From Truepera sp. (GTDB lineage Bacteria > Deinococcota > Deinococci > Deinococcales > Trueperaceae), in assembly GCA_965218435.1 (NCBI GenBank), contig CBDCKW010000005.1, positions 128,001-192,000 of the forward strand: a stretch of 64,000 nucleotides of DNA, read 5' to 3'. Under the pieces are notes generated by a model. It was not told the origin of the DNA and did not search any database. It saw nothing but the letters and a program-made list of their open reading frames with translations. Within the stretch, counting starts at the first letter, position 1; every line of letters starts with the position of its first letter. This document shows positions 1 through 10,254 of this stretch, in pieces. The translations under genes were made by a program, and so were the position numbers.

Positions 1-762
1 GAGCATGGCGACGCCTTCGGCGAGTGGGCCGCAGCACGCTTTCGCGCTCAGGTAGCGCGGGGCGCAGGTGGACTCAAAATCTGGAAACCCTTCGGGCTGC
101 ATGTCAAAGACCAGCACGATAAACTCGTCGCCGTAGATGACGAACGCTTGGGGCCGTTATGGGAAACCGTCGGTGAGCTGAACGTTCCGGTCATCATCCA
201 CGTCGCCGACCCCGCCGCTTTTTTTGACCCGTTAGACGCGCACAATGAACGCTGGGAAGAGCTGCACACCCAACCCGACTGGCAGTTTACGAGTCCGCCG
301 TATCCAAGCTTTATGACGATCATGGAAGACTTTGCCAAGCTGGTGCGGCAGCACCCAAACACCACCTTTATCGGCGCGCATGTGGGGTGTTACGCCGAAA
401 ATCTGGGCTGGGTCGGGGCGCTATTAGATGAATGTCCGAACTTCTACGTTGATATCAGCGCCCGCCTAGGTGAGTTGGGGCGGCAGCCTTACTCGGCGCG
501 GCGCTTTTTTATCCGCTACCAAGACCGCATCTTGTTCGGCACCGACGCCGACGCCGAACCTGAAACCTACCGGCACTACTACCGGCTGCTCGAGACCGAC
601 GACGAATACGTCAACTACAACTTGAGCGAGGTGCCGCAGCAGGGCCGTTGGTACGCTTATGGGCTTTATCTGCCGGACGAGGTACTCAGAAAGGTCTATC
701 ACCAGAACGCCGAGCGCGTCATTTTGCGTTCGCAGACGCACGTATTAGAGGAGCAGCGATGA
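1..762 (+). CDS. Amidohydrolase family protein (Amidohydro_2-like), 5' end outside the window
   Basis: Frame open from base 1 (EHGDAFGEW...GLKIWK...); motifs IHVADP, GAHVG, VDISAR, ILFGTD; stop overlaps next ATG (ATGA). Confidence 0.85.
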   Translation, partial: EHGDAFGEWAAARFRAQVARGAGGLKIWKPFGLHVKDQHDKLVAVDDERLGPLWETVGELNVPVIIHVADPAAFFDPLDAHNERWEELHTQPDWQFTSPPYPSFMTIMEDFAKLVRQHPNTTFIGAHVGCYAENLGWVGALLDECPNFYVDISARLGELGRQPYSARRFFIRYQDRILFGTDADAEPETYRHYYRLLETDDEYVNYNLSEVPQQGRWYAYGLYLPDEVLRKVYHQNAERVILRSQTHVLEEQR

Positions 763-1793
763 CGGGGCAGGTCAAAACGGGGATGTATACCTATGGGGAG
801 ATTATGTCGCAACCGGACGCGTGGCGAAAAACGCTCGCGTACTTGGCGGCGCACACTGAAAAGATAACGGGACTCGAGCCTCAAACGTTTGACGAGGTAA
901 TCTTTACGGGCTGCGGTTCGACCTACTATCTGGCGCTCGCAGCGGCGGCGCTCGTGCAAGAACTGACCGGGGTACGCGCTAAGGCTCTGCCCGCTTCGGA
1001 AGTGTGGCTCTATCCGGCGTCAGCTTACCGGGTAGGTGCAAGAACCTTACTCGTCGCCGTCAGCCGTTCGGGAACGACGACTGAAACCATGCGGGCGGTC
1101 GAGAGCTTTAGAGCGCACGGCAAAGGCAGCGTTATTACGCTCAGCTGTTACCCGGAAGCTGCGCTGGCTTCACTCGGTAACCTCAATTTAGTGCTCGAGG
1201 CCGGTCAAGAAGAGAGTGTCGCACAGACCCGCGCCTTCAGCACGCTCTACCTGGCAACCGTTTTTTTGGCACACTGCTGGGCACAAGAGCCTGACGCGGC
1301 GCTGCACAAATTGCCCGACGTGTGTACCCGGTTGCTGAGCGATTACGCGCCGCTGGCTGAACGTTTGGGTCAAGACACCGACTTGGAGCGCTTCTACTTC
1401 CTCGGTTCCGGCCCCCGTTACGGGCTCGCGTGCGAGTTGAGCCTCAAGCTGAAAGAGATGACCCTTAGCCACAGCGAACCGTTTCACTTTTTGGAGTTTC
1501 GCCACGGCCCTCAGTCAATGGTCACGGACACCACGCTGATAGTCGGGCTCGTTTCAGAAGCCAACGGCGACAAAGAACGTGCCGTGTTGAAAGAGATGCA
1601 GGCACGCGGCGCTCGAGTCTTGAGCTTGGCAAATACAGACGCCGATGTGACCTTCGGTTCGGACGTAGCCGAAGCTTTGCGTAACCTCCTTTATCTGCCG
1701 GTGGTGCAACTTTTGGCGTTTCACCGTTCACTTGCCAAGGGCTTAAACCCCGATAGGCCCAACAATTTGGAGGCTGTCGTGATGCTCGAGTAA
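759..1793 (+). CDS. SIS-domain sugar-phosphate isomerase/deaminase (GlmS C-terminal/AgaS/FrlB-like)
   Basis: EIMSQPDAW, TGCGST, SRSGTTTE, EESVAQT, LKLKE, EFRHGP, GLNPDRP motifs; no glutaminase domain. Confidence 0.9.
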   Translation: MTGQVKTGMYTYGEIMSQPDAWRKTLAYLAAHTEKITGLEPQTFDEVIFTGCGSTYYLALAAAALVQELTGVRAKALPASEVWLYPASAYRVGARTLLVAVSRSGTTTETMRAVESFRAHGKGSVITLSCYPEAALASLGNLNLVLEAGQEESVAQTRAFSTLYLATVFLAHCWAQEPDAALHKLPDVCTRLLSDYAPLAERLGQDTDLERFYFLGSGPRYGLACELSLKLKEMTLSHSEPFHFLEFRHGPQSMVTDTTLIVGLVSEANGDKERAVLKEMQARGARVLSLANTDADVTFGSDVAEALRNLLYLPVVQLLAFHRSLAKGLNPDRPNNLEAVVMLE

Positions 1794-1843
1794 ACCTCTC
1801 AAACCGCCCCGCGCTCTACACCACCCTTATAGGAGGCATAAAG

Positions 1844-3046
1844 ATGAAACAGGTTTTAGCACTTATTGGCTTCTCGGTCTTGGCTGCAGCGTCTGCCCAA
1901 ACGACGATCAGCTACGCCATTTGGGACAACAACCAGCTCCCGGCACACGAGCAGATCGCCGCCGCTTTTGAAAAAGAGCACCCCGACATCAAGGTTGATA
2001 TTCAGGTCGTGCCCTGGGGCAACTACTGGGACAAACTGCAAACGGCAGTCGCGGGCGGTGAAGCCTACGACGTTTTTTGGATGAACGGCCCGAACTTTCC
2101 TGTTTACGCCTCTAAAGGTGTCTTGATGGATTTGCAAGACCAAGTAGCGGCGGACAGCGTAGATATGAGCGTTTATCCGGAGTCGCTCGTCGACCTCTAT
2201 ACTTTCGACGGTGACGTTTACGGCCTACCCAAAGATTTCGACACTATCGCGCTCTACTACAACAAAGACCTGTTCGACGCGGCCGGTATGGACTACCCTA
2301 CAGGCGACTGGACGTGGGACAACCTCAAAAGCGCCGCACAAGACCTGACTAAAGACGGTAACTGGGGTTTCGCTTCAACCACCGCCGATCAAGAAGGCTA
2401 CTGGAACTTCATCTACGAAAACGGCGGTCAGGTGATTAACGAAGATGGCACCAAAGTTCTGCTCGATCAGCCTGCCGCTTGTGACGCCATCGACTATCTT
2501 TACAGCTTCGTTGCAGACGGCCTTTCACCCGACGGCGCAACGATGTCGTCAATCAGTCCCTCGACTCAGCTTTTCCCCGGTGGCCGGGTTGCGATGATGG
2601 CAGGCGGCTCGTGGCTGGCAAAGACTTACGCCGACGCCGAACCCAATATTGACGTAGCTCCGCTGCCCAAAGAAAAAAAGCGTGCCAGCATCATTCACGG
2701 TCTCAGCAACGTCGTCTGGTCGAAAACGCAGCACCCCGGTGAAGCGTGGCAATTCGTCAAGTTTTTAGGCAGCGACCAGGCGGCGACCATTCTGGCGCAG
2801 TCCGGGACGGTCATCCCAGCCTATAACGGCTTTCAAGACGCCTGGGTCGAGTCGGTTCCGGATATGAACCTGCAGGTTTTTATGGACGCCACCAAGTACG
2901 CCGTACCCTACCCGACGGCGGCGCAGGGCATGGAGTGGAACGCCAAGGTTACCGAAGTTTTAGGCGAAGTTTGGAACGGCAACCAGCCTATAGACGGAGC
3001 CTGCAAGCGAGCTGCTGAAGCTGCCGACGCCGTGCTGAATCAGTAG
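1844..3046 (+). CDS. Carbohydrate ABC transporter substrate-binding protein
   Basis: Signal peptide, RBS AGGAGG, LYYNKDLFDAAG and WTWD motifs. Confidence 0.92.
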   Translation: MKQVLALIGFSVLAAASAQTTISYAIWDNNQLPAHEQIAAAFEKEHPDIKVDIQVVPWGNYWDKLQTAVAGGEAYDVFWMNGPNFPVYASKGVLMDLQDQVAADSVDMSVYPESLVDLYTFDGDVYGLPKDFDTIALYYNKDLFDAAGMDYPTGDWTWDNLKSAAQDLTKDGNWGFASTTADQEGYWNFIYENGGQVINEDGTKVLLDQPAACDAIDYLYSFVADGLSPDGATMSSISPSTQLFPGGRVAMMAGGSWLAKTYADAEPNIDVAPLPKEKKRASIIHGLSNVVWSKTQHPGEAWQFVKFLGSDQAATILAQSGTVIPAYNGFQDAWVESVPDMNLQVFMDATKYAVPYPTAAQGMEWNAKVTEVLGEVWNGNQPIDGACKRAAEAADAVLNQ

Positions 3047-3251
3047 CCTTCTGCAGTTCGTTTTCGGCAGCTAAGTTTTAAGAATGGGGATACAGAATGC
3101 AGAATAAACCAAGCATTTTGCGCTCTATATTCCTGACCCGGCATTTTTGCACCTACCGACGGCTTGTGTAGGTCGATCAAACGGGGTTCAAAAAGGTGAG
3201 AGGCGCAGTATTTTCTCACCTCAGTTTTTAACTCTCTTAAGGAGTTGCACC

Positions 3252-4145
3252 GTGGCGCTTCAAGCAAAGAGTAAAAAGGCTCGTCTCGAGGCCATCTGGG
3301 GTTACGTGATGATCGCGCCGCTGGTGCTGGGTCTCGGCGTGTTTTTTTACCTGGCCCTGGGCGCTTCGTTTTTTGTCAGCTTGACCGAGTGGGACGTGCT
3401 GAACGTACCCAAATGGGTGGGTCTGGAAAACTACCGCACCCTTTTCGCCGACGCGACCTTTCGGCGGGCGCTCCTAAATACCGCTTACTACACCCTGCTG
3501 AGCGTCCCCATCGGCGTTCTCGTGTCACTGGTGCTGGCGGTCGCACTTAACACCAACCTGCGTTTTCGCAACGTCTATCGGCTCGTTTTCTTTTTGCCCG
3601 TCCTGACCATGCCGGTTGCTATCGGGGTCGTGTGGAACTGGATTTACAACCCGGATTTCGGACTTTTCAATCAGCTGTTGGGGCTCTTTGACGGCCCCCG
3701 GATCAAATGGCTGACCGACCCGCACTTCGCCATGCCCGCGCTCGTGATCTTGTCGGTCTGGCAGGGCTCGGGCTACGGCATGATCATCTTTTTAGCGGGC
3801 CTGCAAAATATCCCCAAAGAGTATTACGAGGCGGCACAGATTGACGGCGCGACCGGCTGGCACCGCTTTCTTCACGTGACGCTGCCGCTCTTGAGTCCGA
3901 CCATGTTTTTCGTCACGGTCACGTCTCTGATCAGCGCGTTTCAGATTTTCGACATCGTGTACGCGATGACGGCGGGGCAAGCTTCGGATACGCTCCGCAC
4001 CGTTGTTTACATGATCTACGAGGAGGGCTTCAAGTATTTCCGGATGGGGCACGCTACCGCGATTGCCTGGATTTTGTTCGCCGTTATTTTGGTCGTTACC
4101 GCCTTGCAGCTGCGGTTACAGCGGCGCTGGGTTCACTATGAATAG
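3252..4145 (+). CDS. Carbohydrate ABC transporter permease (MalF-like)
   Basis: WVGLENY, EAA loop YYEAAQIDGA; GTG start after AAGGAG chosen. Confidence 0.92.
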   Translation: MALQAKSKKARLEAIWGYVMIAPLVLGLGVFFYLALGASFFVSLTEWDVLNVPKWVGLENYRTLFADATFRRALLNTAYYTLLSVPIGVLVSLVLAVALNTNLRFRNVYRLVFFLPVLTMPVAIGVVWNWIYNPDFGLFNQLLGLFDGPRIKWLTDPHFAMPALVILSVWQGSGYGMIIFLAGLQNIPKEYYEAAQIDGATGWHRFLHVTLPLLSPTMFFVTVTSLISAFQIFDIVYAMTAGQASDTLRTVVYMIYEEGFKYFRMGHATAIAWILFAVILVVTALQLRLQRRWVHYE

Positions 4146-4168
4146 TTCACTGCGAGTAAGGGGGACGT

Positions 4169-5056
4169 GTGCAAAAGTCGGTTCGTAGAACAAACGTTAA
4201 AGCTATAGGGGACTCGAGCGACCGGCGGCGTCATTTGGGCAACCACGCGCGTTTCGGCTTGCTGCACTTTGTCTTGATCGTGGCAGGTATCACCGCGCTC
4301 ATCCCTTTTATCTGGATGATTTCAACCTCGCTCAAGGGGCAGATGGAAGTCTTGAGCGCGACGCCGACCTTCTGGCCCGAAGCGTGGCGCTGGCAAAACT
4401 ATAAAGAAGTGTTCGAGCAGGTTCCCTTCGGGCGTTTTTATCTCAACACAATTATTGTGACGGTCGCGCGGGTGATCGGCCAGGTCTTTTTTGCCGCGCT
4501 CGCTGCCTTCGCCTTTGCGCGCCTAAAGTTTCCCGGTCGCAACCTGCTCTTTTTCGGCGTCCTCGCCGTGATGATGGTGCCGGGGCAAGTGACGCTCGTG
4601 CCCAACTATGTGCTCCTCAAGTATCTAGGCTGGCTCGACTCGTATCAGGGGCTCATCGTCCCGAGTTTGTTCAGCGCCTTCGGCACCTTTTTGCTGCGGC
4701 AGTTTTACCTGTCGTTGCCGCAAAACCTCATTGACGCGGCCGTTTTAGAAGGCTGTAACCCGCTCCAGGTCTTTTGGCACGTCGCCTTGCCGCTGTCACG
4801 TTCGATTATGGTCGCTTTCGGCGTGCTCGTGACGCTCTGGTCGTGGAACGATTTTTTGTGGCCGCTGATTATCACTAACTCGACCGACATGCAGATGCTC
4901 TCGGTCGGCATCGCCTACTTTCAGGGGCAGTTCGTCAGCAACTTCGCGGTGATGATGGCGGCGGCGACGCTCGCGACCTTGCCGATGGTCATCGTGTTCA
5001 TCTTCGCCCAGCGGTTTTTAATCGAAGGTATCACCATGAGCGGGATGAAGCTGTAA
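4169..5056 (+). CDS. Carbohydrate ABC transporter permease (MalG-like)
   Basis: WMISTSLK, DAAVLEGC EAA loop, WNDFLWPL, EGITMSGMK. Confidence 0.92.
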   Translation: MQKSVRRTNVKAIGDSSDRRRHLGNHARFGLLHFVLIVAGITALIPFIWMISTSLKGQMEVLSATPTFWPEAWRWQNYKEVFEQVPFGRFYLNTIIVTVARVIGQVFFAALAAFAFARLKFPGRNLLFFGVLAVMMVPGQVTLVPNYVLLKYLGWLDSYQGLIVPSLFSAFGTFLLRQFYLSLPQNLIDAAVLEGCNPLQVFWHVALPLSRSIMVAFGVLVTLWSWNDFLWPLIITNSTDMQMLSVGIAYFQGQFVSNFAVMMAAATLATLPMVIVFIFAQRFLIEGITMSGMKL

Positions 5057-5125
5057 GGGGGCTCGAGATGAACTAGCCCGCGTCCCGGAAAAACACCCGA
5101 AATCTGATTTTTCAAGGAGGAAAGC

Positions 5126-6373
5126 ATGAAAAAAGGTCTTATCGTACTCGTCCTCTCCCTGCTGCTGAGCACTGCGCTGGCGCAGACCAACATCACCTTT
5201 ATGGCCTGGGGCTCACCCGAAGAGCTGGCCGTTTGGAAAACCATTGCCAGCGAGTTTAACGACGCCAATCCCGACATCAAGGTTGCGGTAGACGTCAGCG
5301 ACTGGGACGCGTACTTCAACAAGCTGCAAACGCTCTTTGCGGGCGGCACACCGCCCGACGTGTTTGCGATGGACGCACCGCTTTACCCCGACTGGCAGTC
5401 GCGGGGCGTCCTGAAAAATCTGCAACCTTATCTTGACGCCGACCCCGAGGTGTTGGACGGCGTGTATCCGGTGACGCTTAAAGCTTACGAAACCGAAGAG
5501 GGTTACTTCGGCCTGCCCCGGGACTTTCAGACCATCGTCCTCTACTACAACAAAGATATGTTCGACGCAGCGGGCGTGGCTTACCCTACTGCCGATTGGA
5601 CCTTGACGGATTTACGTGAAGCTGCCCAAAAACTTACCTCAGACGCCGACGGCGACGGCATCACCGATCACTGGGGCTTCTGGTCAGACTTTTACGATAT
5701 GGAACTCTTTTGGGGTCCAGCCATTTGGGGTGCGGGCGGACAGGTCATCAATGCCGACCACACCCAAACGCTGCTCGCCGAGGGACCAGCTGGGGACGTG
5801 TGGCACCTGATGAGCGACATGATCTTTGAGGACGGGTCGGTGCCGACCACAGGTCAGGCCGAGCAGTACGGCTCCGACATGTTTTTAGCGGGTCGCGCCG
5901 CGATGACGACCATCGGGCACTGGTCGGTGCCGGAGTACACCGCACAAGGGCTCAACTTCAACGTCGCGCCTTTTCCGATGGGTAGTGAGAAACGCGCGAC
6001 CAGCGTGAACAGTGCCGGATTTGTGATTGCCGACGCTTCAAAAAATGCTGACGCCGCCTGGAAATTCGTCAAGTACGCGGTCGGACCGGCGGGACAAAAA
6101 CGGTTGGCTGAACTCGGCTTTGCGATTCCGGTCTTGAAGTCCGTGGCAGAGAGTCCGGTGTTTTTAGAGCAAAAGGACAGCAGCATCAATCAGCAGGTGT
6201 ACTTAGACGCTTTAGATTATGCCGTCCCCAAACCTTCATTTAAGGGTTACGGCGAGTGGTCGGCAGCTGTCGGCGACACGCTGGCGCAGGTGTGGACGGG
6301 TGACATGAGTATCGACGACGCGCTTTCCGAACTCGTCCCGCTCGCCGACGACGTGTTGGCCGCCAATCAGTAG
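5126..6373 (+). CDS. Second carbohydrate ABC transporter substrate-binding protein
   Basis: Signal peptide, RBS AAGGAGG, LYYNKDMFDAAG; paralogous to 1844-3046. Confidence 0.92.
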   Translation: MKKGLIVLVLSLLLSTALAQTNITFMAWGSPEELAVWKTIASEFNDANPDIKVAVDVSDWDAYFNKLQTLFAGGTPPDVFAMDAPLYPDWQSRGVLKNLQPYLDADPEVLDGVYPVTLKAYETEEGYFGLPRDFQTIVLYYNKDMFDAAGVAYPTADWTLTDLREAAQKLTSDADGDGITDHWGFWSDFYDMELFWGPAIWGAGGQVINADHTQTLLAEGPAGDVWHLMSDMIFEDGSVPTTGQAEQYGSDMFLAGRAAMTTIGHWSVPEYTAQGLNFNVAPFPMGSEKRATSVNSAGFVIADASKNADAAWKFVKYAVGPAGQKRLAELGFAIPVLKSVAESPVFLEQKDSSINQQVYLDALDYAVPKPSFKGYGEWSAAVGDTLAQVWTGDMSIDDALSELVPLADDVLAANQ

Positions 6374-6413
6374 CCGTTGACAGGTCATTTCAGTTTAGGT
6401 ACGAGAGGCCACG

Positions 6414-7295
6414 ATGCAGAGCGGGATTAAACCGATGGGGCGGGAGCGGCTTTGGCTGCTTCTGCTCCTTGCGCCAACGCTCTTAGGGTTGCTCTTTGGC
6501 GCGGTCGGCTCGGTCGCTGCAAGCGCCGCCATCAGTCTGCTCAACTGGGATTTGTTGACGCCGCCGACGTGGGCGGGGTTGCAGAACTATCTGGCTTTGC
6601 CTTCTGATAGGCTTTTTCTCGAGTCCTTACGCATCACCACGCAGTTTGCAGCGATGTACGTGCCGGGTGTGATCATCTTGTCGCTCGTCGTGGCACTGCT
6701 CTTAAACCGTAAAATCCGTGGCGTCAGCTTTTTTCGGGTGCTGTTCTTTTTACCCGTAATTTCGTCGTCGGTGGCGATCGGACTCTTGTGGACGTGGATT
6801 TACGCGCAGGACAACGGGCTCTTAAACACCATCATCACATCACTAGGCGGGAGTCCGGTGCGCTGGCTGGGGCGCGATATGGCGCTCTATTCGGTGACGG
6901 TCGTCAATATCTGGGGGGCGGTCGGGGAAGGAATGATCATCTTTCTGGCAGGCTTGCAAGCCGTACCACGCGATTACTACGAAGCTGCCAAACTCGATGG
7001 CGCAACCGGGTGGCAGCGGCTCACCAACGTCACGCTGCCGTTAATCGTCCCGAGCATCTTTTTTCAGGCAGTGATTTCGACCATCAACGCCTTTCAGGTG
7101 TTCGAGTACATCTATATCCTGACGCGCACCTCGAGCGGTGGCTCCACCACCCCCACGCTTGTTTTTACGATCTACCGCAACGGGTTTAACTACTTCCGCA
7201 TGGGTCAGGCGAGTGCTCAAGCCATCGTGCTGGCGCTGATTATCTTCGTTTTGACCCTGATTTACTTCCGCATTCAGCGGCGCTGGGTGGTGTGA
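6414..7295 (+). CDS. Carbohydrate ABC transporter permease
   Basis: WAGLQNY, YYEAAKLDGA EAA loop. Confidence 0.92.
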   Translation: MQSGIKPMGRERLWLLLLLAPTLLGLLFGAVGSVAASAAISLLNWDLLTPPTWAGLQNYLALPSDRLFLESLRITTQFAAMYVPGVIILSLVVALLLNRKIRGVSFFRVLFFLPVISSSVAIGLLWTWIYAQDNGLLNTIITSLGGSPVRWLGRDMALYSVTVVNIWGAVGEGMIIFLAGLQAVPRDYYEAAKLDGATGWQRLTNVTLPLIVPSIFFQAVISTINAFQVFEYIYILTRTSSGGSTTPTLVFTIYRNGFNYFRMGQASAQAIVLALIIFVLTLIYFRIQRRWVV

Positions 7296-7296
7296 T

Positions 7297-8127
7297 GTGA
7301 CGATAAAGACTCGAGACCACCTCTTCGACGCTCTAACCTACGCGCTCCTCATCCTCGGCGCGCTCATCATGGCCGGCCCGTTCGTCTGGATGATTTCGAC
7401 CTCGCTTAAAGAACCCGCCGACCAGTTTTCTAAAACGCTCATCCCCGACCCTGTAACGCTCAAAAACTACACCGGCTTGTGGGACGCGCTGCCCTTTACC
7501 CGGCTCATCTGGAACAGCTTCAAAATTGCCTCGCTCTCGACCTTGGGCCAACTCTTGACCTGTTCGATGGCGGGCTTCGCCTTCGCCGCCGTAAAATTCC
7601 GGGGCCGTAACGCGCTTTTCGTACTGCTCCTGGTCACGTTGATGATTCCCTTTCAGGTGACCTTGATTCCCAACTTCATCATCTACCGCTTTTTAGGACT
7701 TTACGGCACGCAGATTCCTTTGTATCTGCCTGCGTTTTTGGGCGGCGCGTTCGGGACGTTTCTGTTACGGCAGTATTTTTTGACGATTCCGGGTGAACTG
7801 GCAGAAGCGGCCCGGATTGACGGCGCGTCTCTCTGGACGATCTACTGGCGTATCTACCTGCCGCTGGCGCGTCCGGCACTGGCGGCGCTGGCGATTTTTA
7901 CCTTTTTGTTCTCGTGGAACGATCTTTTCGGCCCCTTGATTTACCTGCCAAGCGATTTGGAGAAGACCACTTTGCCCGTCGGTTTAGCCCTGTTTCAGGC
8001 ACAGTACAGCGGGCGCTGGGCGGTGATGATGGCGGGCGTCACGGTCAGCATCGCGCCGATTGTGATTGTGTTTTTCTTTGCGCAAAAGCAGTTTATCGAA
8101 GGGATTGCGCTCTCTGGGGTGAAGTGA
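7297..8127 (+). CDS. Carbohydrate ABC transporter permease
   Basis: EAARIDGA EAA loop, WNDLFGPL, EGIALSGVK. Confidence 0.92.
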   Translation: MTIKTRDHLFDALTYALLILGALIMAGPFVWMISTSLKEPADQFSKTLIPDPVTLKNYTGLWDALPFTRLIWNSFKIASLSTLGQLLTCSMAGFAFAAVKFRGRNALFVLLLVTLMIPFQVTLIPNFIIYRFLGLYGTQIPLYLPAFLGGAFGTFLLRQYFLTIPGELAEAARIDGASLWTIYWRIYLPLARPALAALAIFTFLFSWNDLFGPLIYLPSDLEKTTLPVGLALFQAQYSGRWAVMMAGVTVSIAPIVIVFFFAQKQFIEGIALSGVK

Positions 8128-8220
8128 AAGTCGGTAGTCAGCATTCAGTAGCTTCAAACCATGCCGACTACTGACTACTCCGCATGACGTCCCTATAAAC
8201 CCATTTCAAAGGAGAAAGAG

Positions 8221-9552
8221 ATGCCCAAAGTAACGCTTATCGGCGCAGGCAGCGCGGTGTTTGCTGCTGAAATTATTAAAGATATTCTGGCGACCCCGGG
8301 ACTCGAGACCGGCACCTTTGCGCTTGTAGATATAGACGAGGGACGGCTCGAGGTTGCTCACCAGATGGCTGAGTGGCTGATTAACAAAACCGGCCGTCAC
8401 TGGTCGGTCGAAGCGTCAACCGATAGAACGAAACTCTTACCCGGTACGGACTACCTCATCAACTCGATTGAGGTTTCAGGGCTCGAGAATGTCCGATACG
8501 ACTACGACATCCCCATGAAGTACGGCGTCGATCAGTGCATCGGCGACACCATCGGGCCGGGGGGTCTGTTCAAAGCTTTACGGACGCTGCCCGCGTGGAC
8601 GGAGATTTTACGGGACACCGAACGCCTCGTGCCGAACGCGCTCGTGCTGAACTACACCAACCCGATGTCTTTAACGGTTTTGACCGGCATCAGAGCGTCA
8701 AACTTACCGATTGTCGGGCTTTGCCACAGCATTCAGCACACGACGCATCAGCTTGCCGAATACTTAGATATCCCTTACGACGAAATCGACTGGCAAGGCG
8801 CGGGCATCAACCATTTGGCGTGGATTGTGCGGCTCGAGCGCGCCGGACAAAACCTCTACCCGGTATTACAGGAGCGGCTCGAGAAGCACCCTGAAATTTA
8901 CGAACGCGACCCGGTGCGCTTCGAGATGATGAAACACCTGGGCGCGTTCGTCACCGAATCGAGCGGGCACACCTCCGAATACACGGCGTACTTCCGCAAA
9001 CGCCCCGACCTCATCAAAAAGTACATGCGGAACGGGTACGAGGGCGAGAGCGGCTACTACGCGAACAACTGGCCACGGTGGAGAGAAGAATATCTGTACG
9101 AGTTAGAAAACGCGATGGCGGGCAGAGAAGACTTCGATATGAAACGCGGCCCCGAGTACGCGTCGTACATCATCGAGGCGATGGAGACAGGCAAACCGCA
9201 AGTGATTTACGGCAACGTGCCGAACACCGGCTTAATCGACAACTTACCGCAAGGCGTGGTTGAAGTCGCGTGCCTGGTCGATAAAAAGGGCGTTCAGCCG
9301 ACGCATTTCGGCTCACTGCCGACGCATTTAGCCGCGTTAGACCAACAGCATATGGCGTTTCACGACCTCGTGGCGACAGCAGTTTTAGAAGAAGACCGTG
9401 AAGCCGCCGTTCACGCGCTGATGATTGATCCTTTGACGGCAGCGGTGTGTTCGCTCGAGGAAATTCGCAGCATGTTTGACGAAATGGCGGCGGCGCAAAA
9501 GGATTATCTACCGGCGTTTATGAACCCTGAACCGGAAACGGTCAACGCTTGA
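8221..9552 (+). CDS. melA: Glycoside hydrolase family 4 (NAD+-dependent alpha-galactosidase-like)
   Basis: IGAGS Rossmann motif, QCIGDTIGPGG, LNYTNP, GLCHS, GINHLAW, TESSGH. Confidence 0.85.
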   Translation: MPKVTLIGAGSAVFAAEIIKDILATPGLETGTFALVDIDEGRLEVAHQMAEWLINKTGRHWSVEASTDRTKLLPGTDYLINSIEVSGLENVRYDYDIPMKYGVDQCIGDTIGPGGLFKALRTLPAWTEILRDTERLVPNALVLNYTNPMSLTVLTGIRASNLPIVGLCHSIQHTTHQLAEYLDIPYDEIDWQGAGINHLAWIVRLERAGQNLYPVLQERLEKHPEIYERDPVRFEMMKHLGAFVTESSGHTSEYTAYFRKRPDLIKKYMRNGYEGESGYYANNWPRWREEYLYELENAMAGREDFDMKRGPEYASYIIEAMETGKPQVIYGNVPNTGLIDNLPQGVVEVACLVDKKGVQPTHFGSLPTHLAALDQQHMAFHDLVATAVLEEDREAAVHALMIDPLTAAVCSLEEIRSMFDEMAAAQKDYLPAFMNPEPETVNA

Positions 9553-9570
9553 GGGCGCTGACATAACGAG

Positions 9571-10023
9571 ATGAACATGCCTCCTTTCGGTCTGCTTTTC
9601 GCCGCGCTCAGCTTGTTCGGCTGTGCGCCTAAAGTGTCCCAAGTAGCTGTGGCCTCGAGCCCAACCTCACCTGTCGCCGTTATCCAGACCTACTACGCGG
9701 CCATCAACGCCCATGAGTTTTGGCAGGCTTACGGGTTGTGGGGCGACAACGGTGCGGAGAGCGGGCAGACGCTCAGGGAATTTACGGCGGGCTTTAAGGA
9801 GACCGAGAGCGTCGCCGTAAAAGTCGGCCAACCGGGGCGTGTCGAGGGGGCGGCGGGCTCGAGATACGTCACCATCCCGGTTACGATTTCAGCCATCACG
9901 ACCGGCGGACAAACCCAGCGTTTTACGGGCAGTTACACGCTGCGGCGCACGGTAGTAGACGGCAGTACGGCGAAGCAGCGCCGCTGGCATTTCTTTTCGG
10001 CAGACATTTCCGCTGCGCCGTAA
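9571..10023 (+). CDS. Hypothetical lipoprotein
   Basis: Lipobox-like LFGC; YYAAIN and EGAAGSRYVTIPV motifs recalled from a conserved hypothetical family. Confidence 0.75.
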   Translation: MNMPPFGLLFAALSLFGCAPKVSQVAVASSPTSPVAVIQTYYAAINAHEFWQAYGLWGDNGAESGQTLREFTAGFKETESVAVKVGQPGRVEGAAGSRYVTIPVTISAITTGGQTQRFTGSYTLRRTVVDGSTAKQRRWHFFSADISAAP

Positions 10024-10254
10024 ACCCATTGAGCGGCTCCCCCGTAAACGCTCAAAAAGGTGACGCTATGTAAAAAATCTTGATAGCTTTTTACGGTTTT
10101 GTCCGCTAAGGTAACGGTGCGTCAGAAAAGACCTAAACCTGGCGCTCGAGTGGCGGGGTACGTCAAACTCACTCCGTGTTCCCTGTCTGCACGCCGCTGC
10201 TGCTTGAACCTACAAGCATCATGCGTGTCACGGAGGTCTGTAAAAGGAGCTTTG

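Noticed and set aside
10029..10055. TTGAGCG...CGCTCAA as another junction motif copy
   Set aside because: Lacks GCGCTCA-N5-CGCAYAA; more likely a hairpin after the lipoprotein gene.
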